Of a stretch of DNA of 64,000 nt, positions 58,137-64,000 are shown piece by piece. Numbering within the stretch: position 1 is the first letter of the stretch; the number at the start of each line of letters is the position of its first letter. Made by a program: the position numbers and the translations under genes. Source of the stretch: Bdellovibrionales bacterium (lineage in GTDB: Bacteria; Bdellovibrionota; Bdellovibrionia; Bdellovibrionales; Bdellovibrionaceae); assembly GCA_031370005.1 (NCBI GenBank), contig JANMPT010000024.1, positions 96,001 through 160,000 of the forward strand, read 5' to 3'. Under the pieces are notes generated by a model. The model saw only the letters and a program-made list of their open reading frames with translations. It made no database searches and was not told the origin of the DNA.

Positions 58137-59240
58137 ATGAAAATCGAAAAGGAAGTTGTTCATTTTGAAGCCAATTTTACGGATCTGTCGACTCTTACGG
58201 ATCTGCAGAAGCTTTATTTGCAAATTATGCAAAGTGAGAAATCCATTGAAGCGGTAGTCCACCATTTTCTTCAGCAAGGCTGGCTTGTTAATTTTGTTGA
58301 GTTCGCTGATCTAATGGAAAAGCTTGTCGCTAAAAAAGCCATTCGCAACCCTAATTTTTATTCTTACTTTGATAAAATGAAACCTGCATTGGAGAGATCT
58401 CTTTGGAATAAAATTATTAATTTAGATCTTCCAGAGAGTTCTATTGGCTCTTTGCGTACTTACAAAGAGTTGCCATTTTTTCGGTCCCTTGAGCCCCAGC
58501 TCTCTGATTTCTTGCTTTCCAAGGCGACCATTCATCATGTTCCTCCGAAGTCTCTGGTTTGTCGTCATGGAGAAATGACGCGGGATCTTTTTGTGATTCT
58601 CAAAGGGACTGCGGGTATTTATAAGCCCCATCAGCAAGGCGGAAAATACCTAGTTGCAAGCTTGTCTGATCACGCGGTTTTTGGTGAGGGTGCTTTTTTA
58701 TTAGGGCAGCCGAGATCTGCTGATGTGATCTCTATGACTGACTGTCGGATTTTGCGTATCCCTTGTCTGCCAGAAATTTTTGATCGTTATCTTAAAAAAG
58801 ATAAAGCACAGGGCCTGCAATACCGTTTTTGGGTTCAGCATGCGCTTTTAAATTCTCCGCTGTTTAAAGAAGTTCCTTCCGATTGCTTTGATGCTTTAAA
58901 CCATTCCGGAAAATTTGTTCGCTGTGCAGAGGGACAAGTTCTTTTCCATGATGGGGACAGGGGGCATAGTGCCTATGTCGTCGTCCAAGGTTCGCTGGTG
59001 GTTAGTAAAAATGGACAAAATATAAATGTCTTGAATCAGGGTGCTTTCTTAGGTGAAATTGCTCTTCTTGCTAATCAAGGCCTTCGTTCGGCCTCTGTGC
59101 TTGCGCAAAGGGAGACGTTGCTGCTCGAGATTGACCAATCTGAGCTTTATAAATTATTGGCGCGAAATATTTTTCTTGGAAAATACCTTCAAGAGTTGGC
59201 CCTGAGTCGCCTTGCAAAAGATGAACTGCGGGCCGCTTAA
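58137..59240 (+). CDS. Tandem cyclic-nucleotide-binding domain protein
   Basis: FGEGAFLLGQPRSADV and LGEIALLANQGLRSASV phosphate-binding cassettes. Confidence 0.88.
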   Translation: MKIEKEVVHFEANFTDLSTLTDLQKLYLQIMQSEKSIEAVVHHFLQQGWLVNFVEFADLMEKLVAKKAIRNPNFYSYFDKMKPALERSLWNKIINLDLPESSIGSLRTYKELPFFRSLEPQLSDFLLSKATIHHVPPKSLVCRHGEMTRDLFVILKGTAGIYKPHQQGGKYLVASLSDHAVFGEGAFLLGQPRSADVISMTDCRILRIPCLPEIFDRYLKKDKAQGLQYRFWVQHALLNSPLFKEVPSDCFDALNHSGKFVRCAEGQVLFHDGDRGHSAYVVVQGSLVVSKNGQNINVLNQGAFLGEIALLANQGLRSASVLAQRETLLLEIDQSELYKLLARNIFLGKYLQELALSRLAKDELRAA

Positions 59241-60109
59241 GCCTTGCTTAGAATACCTAAAGTCAAACAGCTAATCACCAGCGTTGCTCCGACGATTTGT
59301 AACACGCTTAAGTGTTCATGAAGAAGGAGTCCAGCGGCAATGGTCGCCATAACTGGTTCAAGCATTGTAATCAGAGCCGCTTGAGAGCTTCTTAATTTTT
59401 GCAGTCCGGCCAAAATCAAAGTCATCGGGAGGATCGTAGAGAGGGTCGCAATTCCGAAAACAATCTGCCATTGATGTCGATCCATTACTTTCCAGAGTTG
59501 AAGATTGGGGTGGTGGTAGGCGGCTAAGGCAATCGCTGCGAAGGTGATCACGTACAGACTTGATGAGATTGGCCTTACATTTTTTTGGTAGCGTGCTGAA
59601 AACAAGATATACACTGCGTAGCTGATAGCGGAGCCAAGACCGGCAATAAGTGCCACAGTGTTATTCAAATGAAACTGGCCCCAGAGTAAGCAGATGATGC
59701 CGATGAAGGCACCTAAGAGCAAAAGCCACTGAGCACGGCTTATATGTTCGTGTAAAAAGAAATGCCCCAGTAGGCTCACCCAAAAGGGATAGGTAAAGAG
59801 TAGCAAGGCGGCAAGTCCTACACTCATGCCCTTAATGGCGGTAAAATAAAGTGTAGCAAAAACCGCATAGCCAAAAACCCCTAAACCTGCGGAAATCAGC
59901 AACTGAGTGAGAGGAAGAAAAATTTTATCGCGACTGAAAAGAAAGAGATAAATCCATAAAATGACAGCAGCGATGATAAAGCGATAGGTAAGCAGCGCCC
60001 CCACATCTAGGCCGCTAGTAAAGGCCCACTTGCCGAAAATGCCCAAGAAGCCAAATCCAAGGCTTCCAAGGGCGACTTCAAAACTGCCGGCAAGTTGTTG
60101 GCGGTTCAT
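59237..60109 (-). CDS. EamA/DMT family transporter
   Basis: About ten TM helices in two repeats; LLFTYP, MLEPV. Confidence 0.9.
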   Translation of the reverse strand: MNRQQLAGSFEVALGSLGFGFLGIFGKWAFTSGLDVGALLTYRFIIAAVILWIYLFLFSRDKIFLPLTQLLISAGLGVFGYAVFATLYFTAIKGMSVGLAALLLFTYPFWVSLLGHFFLHEHISRAQWLLLLGAFIGIICLLWGQFHLNNTVALIAGLGSAISYAVYILFSARYQKNVRPISSSLYVITFAAIALAAYHHPNLQLWKVMDRHQWQIVFGIATLSTILPMTLILAGLQKLRSSQAALITMLEPVMATIAAGLLLHEHLSVLQIVGATLVISCLTLGILSKA

Positions 60110-60111
60110 GA

Positions 60112-60987
60112 TTACTTATTGAAGGATTTTTTTGGTTTGTAAGCGGGCTTTGATTTGGAGGCTGGTTTTGGTTTACCTGCGGCAATTCTTTGTGCCACAG
60201 CCCGACCCTTATAAGTTTTCTTAAGTTTGATTTCGTCTGGAGCATCCGGCAAAAACACACGCTCGACGGCAGCATCATTCAAGAATACGAGGTCTCCACG
60301 TTCAACCGCACCAATACGAAGACGACCGATTGCAACCCGCTGCAGCTTCATGACATCGTAACCAATTTTTTCAAACATTTGACGGATTTGACGGTTTTTG
60401 CCCTCAGTGATCACCATCTTATACCAATCATATTTATCTGAGCCTTCTTGGCGTTTGATTTTTTCGATATGTTTTGCGGCCACTTTTCCGCCGATGATTG
60501 AAACACCACGTACGAGTTTTTGAATTTCTTCTTTGGTGGGCTGTCCGTCGACTTTTACCATATAGGTTTTAGTCACTTCCGCTTTTGGGTGAGTAACTTT
60601 ATTTGCGAACTCCCCATCGTTAGTTAGAAGCAACATGCCTTCAGAGTCCCAGTCCAAACGGCCAACAGGAAATACACGGCCAGGGACACCATCAAGATAG
60701 TTAGCAATTGTTGGTCGTCCGAGGGGATCTTCCATCGTTGTTAAAACGCCCTTCGGTTTGTGGAAAAGAATATAGATGTTTTCAAGAGGCTTTTTAAGTG
60801 GTTTGCCATTTACTAAGATGTGATCGTGAGCAGGGTCGACCTTAATACCCAGCTCATAGACGCGCTTGCCGTTGATAGTTACTTGTCCCTCTTCAATCAT
60901 GCGGTCAGCGTGGCGACGGCTGGCAAGTCCGCTGTCTGCGATTAATTTGTTAAGTCGTAATTTGTTTTCGGAGTTATTTTCAGACAT
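60112..60987 (-). CDS. rluB: rRNA pseudouridine synthase (RsuA/RluB family)
   Basis: S4 domain RLNKLIADSG; VGRLDWDSEG; EGKNRQIR. Confidence 0.85.
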   Translation of the reverse strand: MSENNSENKLRLNKLIADSGLASRRHADRMIEEGQVTINGKRVYELGIKVDPAHDHILVNGKPLKKPLENIYILFHKPKGVLTTMEDPLGRPTIANYLDGVPGRVFPVGRLDWDSEGMLLLTNDGEFANKVTHPKAEVTKTYMVKVDGQPTKEEIQKLVRGVSIIGGKVAAKHIEKIKRQEGSDKYDWYKMVITEGKNRQIRQMFEKIGYDVMKLQRVAIGRLRIGAVERGDLVFLNDAAVERVFLPDAPDEIKLKKTYKGRAVAQRIAAGKPKPASKSKPAYKPKKSFNK

Positions 60988-61970
60988 TCTTCATTCGCCT
61001 CATTGATCGCATTGTCCATCTTTAGAGGTGGATTTAATTTGCGAGTAGATTCACTAGTATGACGCAGATCTCTTACCAGAAGAGTGAGAAGTTTGTCACC
61101 AGCGAAAACATTTTCAAGGGCGGTCTCAGCCTGGTTCATAATCATTGAACTCCAGTTGAGCGCATCATGATCCCCCTGTTGAATTAAAGCCAGGGTCCTC
61201 TCGAGCTGAGAAATCAAATCTTGGTAGTAAGGATCTGTCCTTCTATCAATAAAAAATTGTTCAATGCGCTTGATTGGATAAAGCAGACGAGTTTGCTCTT
61301 TGAGGGATTCCCCTTTGAATTCCAGTAGTTTTTGATAGACATAGCCACGTAAGAGGGTGCCGTGGACTCTGTCATTTTTCACGCGAAACTCGGCAGTGAT
61401 ATAAGGAGCTACTTCAATTTTTTGTTTGTGATCTGGACTGAGCTCTAAGTTTTCATTGTAGTAAAGCGCCAAGTCTTTGCGTAAGGGCTCAAGCTGCCCA
61501 TTGCAAATAGTGAATTTTTTATCAAAAATACGCACGGTGATCGCCTTGCCCTCATGGAGGATGATGGCAATCACTCGCTTGTTTTGATCGTTAATCAGAC
61601 GGAATTTATCCACCTCAGGGTATTGTCGCTTCAAGTAAATTCTTAAAGAATCCTCGAGGTCAGAGGGGCGCTCAATCTCCAGAAGTTGCATCGTTTGAGG
61701 AAAGCGTATTTTGCTGAGGTCAAAGTTCTGCTGATAAAAGCCGTTGAAGTTTTCAAGCAAATACTGGACCTCGTTGCCAAGCTGGTTCTTGTTGGCAGCC
61801 CAGTGTGGATAATCCATGCAATATGTGAAGAATAATTCGATTAGCTCCGGAGTGAGAGCTTCATCTGGCTGAGGAAAACCGCGGAGAAAATTGTAAAAAG
61901 ACAGCTTCGCAGGAGTGTTTTGCGGATTCAGGCCGGCTACAAATCTAATAAGTTGACCAACTTTTAGCAT
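60942..61970 (-). CDS. Hypothetical protein
   Basis: 342-aa ORF co-oriented with and overlapping the rluB start. Confidence 0.65.
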   Translation of the reverse strand: MLKVGQLIRFVAGLNPQNTPAKLSFYNFLRGFPQPDEALTPELIELFFTYCMDYPHWAANKNQLGNEVQYLLENFNGFYQQNFDLSKIRFPQTMQLLEIERPSDLEDSLRIYLKRQYPEVDKFRLINDQNKRVIAIILHEGKAITVRIFDKKFTICNGQLEPLRKDLALYYNENLELSPDHKQKIEVAPYITAEFRVKNDRVHGTLLRGYVYQKLLEFKGESLKEQTRLLYPIKRIEQFFIDRRTDPYYQDLISQLERTLALIQQGDHDALNWSSMIMNQAETALENVFAGDKLLTLLVRDLRHTSESTRKLNPPLKMDNAINEANEECLKITPKTNYDLTN

Positions 61971-62049
61971 GATACCTTTTTATGAATAATTGATTTTAGT
62001 GTCCAGAAGAAATAGCATGAAAGTCGTAGCAAATTCTTTAGGAGGAGTC

Positions 62050-62556
62050 ATGCAAAAGGAATTAAATCCCGAACTTTTTGGCGAAAAGAAAAGTCCCTTG
62101 CCCGCCCGTCGTGAGCCCCTAGTGCCACCGGCTCCTAGCGCTGACCCGGCATATTTGAACACAGATCGGCAAATTTTCGAGCTTAAAAGCCAAATCCTTA
62201 ATATAAACGAACAGTTAAGTAAGATAAGCCAGGCCATGAATGAGGCCAATAAAAACGGAAGTGCGCGCATGGAGCGCTTCCAGCAGGGATTGAGCCGACT
62301 TGAAGCCAGCCATAATGGCTTAGCTATAGAGGCTGGGCAGAAAATTCAGCAAATTAATCACAAGCTTGTTGAACGAAAAACTCTCGATATGAAAATTCAA
62401 GAGATGGTGGACCGCCATAACAATGTAATTAAGAGTTTTGAGGTTCGCTTGAATCATATGCAGAGGCTTTTGGCTGAAAAGGAAGCGCAAACCTCCGCAG
62501 CTTACGCCTCACTGAATGAAGCAAAGATGGAAATCGCTCGCCTAAAACGATTCTAG
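62050..62556 (+). CDS. Coiled-coil hypothetical protein
   Basis: GGAGGAG RBS before ATG 62050; heptad pattern. Confidence 0.65.
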   Translation: MQKELNPELFGEKKSPLPARREPLVPPAPSADPAYLNTDRQIFELKSQILNINEQLSKISQAMNEANKNGSARMERFQQGLSRLEASHNGLAIEAGQKIQQINHKLVERKTLDMKIQEMVDRHNNVIKSFEVRLNHMQRLLAEKEAQTSAAYASLNEAKMEIARLKRF

Positions 62557-64000
62557 TTTCTAGATTTATCCATTCTTTTTAAGAACTTAGGGACATCTTC
62601 AAAGCTTGTGAGGGTAAGTCCTTCAAGCCAAACTCCATTGGGACTGTAGAAAATTACTGATGGTAGTCCTTGAATCCTATACTTCGCTTTTAAATAACGC
62701 AATTGCTCGGAGTCCTCGGTAGCGTCGAACTTCAATAAAGTGAACTGCTCAGACATTGCCCGTACCTTTGTATCAGCAAAAGTAAACTGTTCAAGTTCAT
62801 GGCAAGCTGCACACCAATCAGCTCGAAAATCAATAATTACTGGTTTTTTTTCCTGAGCGGCTTTTTGTAAAAGCTCTTCACTATAGGGCTGCCAGTTTAA
62901 TTGTTGAATCTTATCAATGGCAGCTTCAGAAATAAATCTTTGATCGATTAGTGGTCGTAAATTGAAAACGCCAAAGGATAAATACCCAAGGCCAATTATC
63001 AAAAGGGCAATCATCAATCCTTTGTGGAGTCCTTGGCTGGGGGTTTTTACTGGCTGAAAGGCACCAAAGACGCTTGCAACTGCTACTAAGCCGACGCCCA
63101 AAGCCGTATCGAAGGCACGAGTTGAAACGAGAAGATTAAAATAATAATAAAAAGCACTTAGCATTAAAGAGCCCAGAAGAAATTTTGCTGCATTCATCCA
63201 AATACCTGAGCGTGGCAATAGGCGAGTGAATTGATTGCTCAAGCCGAGGGCCAGGAAAATCAAACCAAGTCCCAAGGCATAGGTGAAGAGCAAGGAGAAC
63301 CCAAGAAGCTTATTCTGATGTGTGGCTACATAGGCAAGAATAGTGACGAGCACAGGGCCTACACAGGGGCTTGCGACGATCCCGGCGAAGAGGCCAGTTA
63401 AATAAATTGTGAGATGTTTGTTGCCGGTGGAAACTTTACGACCGAATTTATGTCGAACCCATGCAGGCATTTGAATGTCGTAGAGCCCATACATTGACAA
63501 GGACATAGCTAAAAATACGAAACAAACAACAGAGAGCACATATGGATTGCCGAGGCTTGCGCCAAACAGAGTGCCACTCGAAGCTGCCGCCAAGCCCAAA
63601 ATGGAGTAAGTAGTGGCAATTCCTAATACATAGATACAGCTGACCAAAAAATTTTCTTTGCGGCTGCGTTTTTCTGACTCATTACCAAGAACAGCAAGAG
63701 TGATCGGGATCATCGGGAAGATGCAAGGAGTGAAGCTTGTAAGAATTCCGGCTAAGAAGGCGAGTACAAAAATAATTAAACCGCCTCTATTTAACATTTC
63801 CGCAAAGTAATCTGCTGAGAAAATACTTTTGCTGATAGTCAGTTGAGGTATGGGACTTTTTGGCGCCGCTATTGTGGGCAAGGCAGGGGCCCCGACAAGC
63901 TTTATCGGGGTCTCAATTCTCTTGGTTACTGGAAAAAGACAGAAGCTATCCGAACAGGCTTGATAAGTGAGTTCCACTACTAATTTTGTGGAAGCTTTCT
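62553..64000 (-). CDS. dsbD: Thiol:disulfide interchange protein DsbD (5' end outside the window)
   Basis: YQACSDSFC, SFTPCIFPMIP, ASPCVGP, DFRADWCAAC. Confidence 0.92.
   Translation of the reverse strand, partial: KASTKLVVELTYQACSDSFCLFPVTKRIETPIKLVGAPALPTIAAPKSPIPQLTISKSIFSADYFAEMLNRGGLIIFVLAFLAGILTSFTPCIFPMIPITLAVLGNESEKRSRKENFLVSCIYVLGIATTYSILGLAAASSGTLFGASLGNPYVLSVVCFVFLAMSLSMYGLYDIQMPAWVRHKFGRKVSTGNKHLTIYLTGLFAGIVASPCVGPVLVTILAYVATHQNKLLGFSLLFTYALGLGLIFLALGLSNQFTRLLPRSGIWMNAAKFLLGSLMLSAFYYYFNLLVSTRAFDTALGVGLVAVASVFGAFQPVKTPSQGLHKGLMIALLIIGLGYLSFGVFNLRPLIDQRFISEAAIDKIQQLNWQPYSEELLQKAAQEKKPVIIDFRADWCAACHELEQFTFADTKVRAMSEQFTLLKFDATEDSEQLRYLKAKYRIQGLPSVIFYSPNGVWLEGLTLTSFEDVPKFLKRMDKSRN

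Noticed and set aside
34..62270. Many short antisense or alternate-frame ORFs in the track (e.g. 34..402, 40951..41430, 43763..44137)
   Set aside because: Shadows of well-supported genes, with no recognisable motifs

Overview
Bacterial chromosomal window, most likely from Bdellovibrionota (a Bdellovibrio-like predator). This is inferred from two TIGR02147/DUF4423 HTH proteins, many orphan secreted proteins and lipoproteins, and recurrent R-x-P-A-S motifs. Positions ~1-19.3 kb look accessory. They hold: a lipoprotein/TIGR02147/lipoprotein trio; an OmpR-type two-component system with a visible binding box in front of two divergent genes; a receptor-less REC-CheA/Hpt/REC/HK/PAS cluster next to a GNAT-like acyltransferase plus heme-oxygenase-like diiron enzyme pair (candidate small-molecule signalling system); a persulfide dioxygenase-rhodanese locus; and a YceI/Cyc2-like cytochrome-porin/diheme-lipoprotein operon. 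Positions ~19.3-64 kb are mostly core-like genes (TonB-like, PilZ, PIN-PhoH, thpR, lpdA, pdhC, sfsA, DsbA, CpaF/TadA, eno, ftsB, polA, RluB-like, dsbD) interspersed with large orphan secreted proteins. Candidate sigma28 and sigma54 promoters are visible, as is a structured intergenic region between pdhC and sfsA. I recognised no tRNA, rRNA, CRISPR array, integrase or transposase. All calls come from reading motifs by eye; no searches were run.
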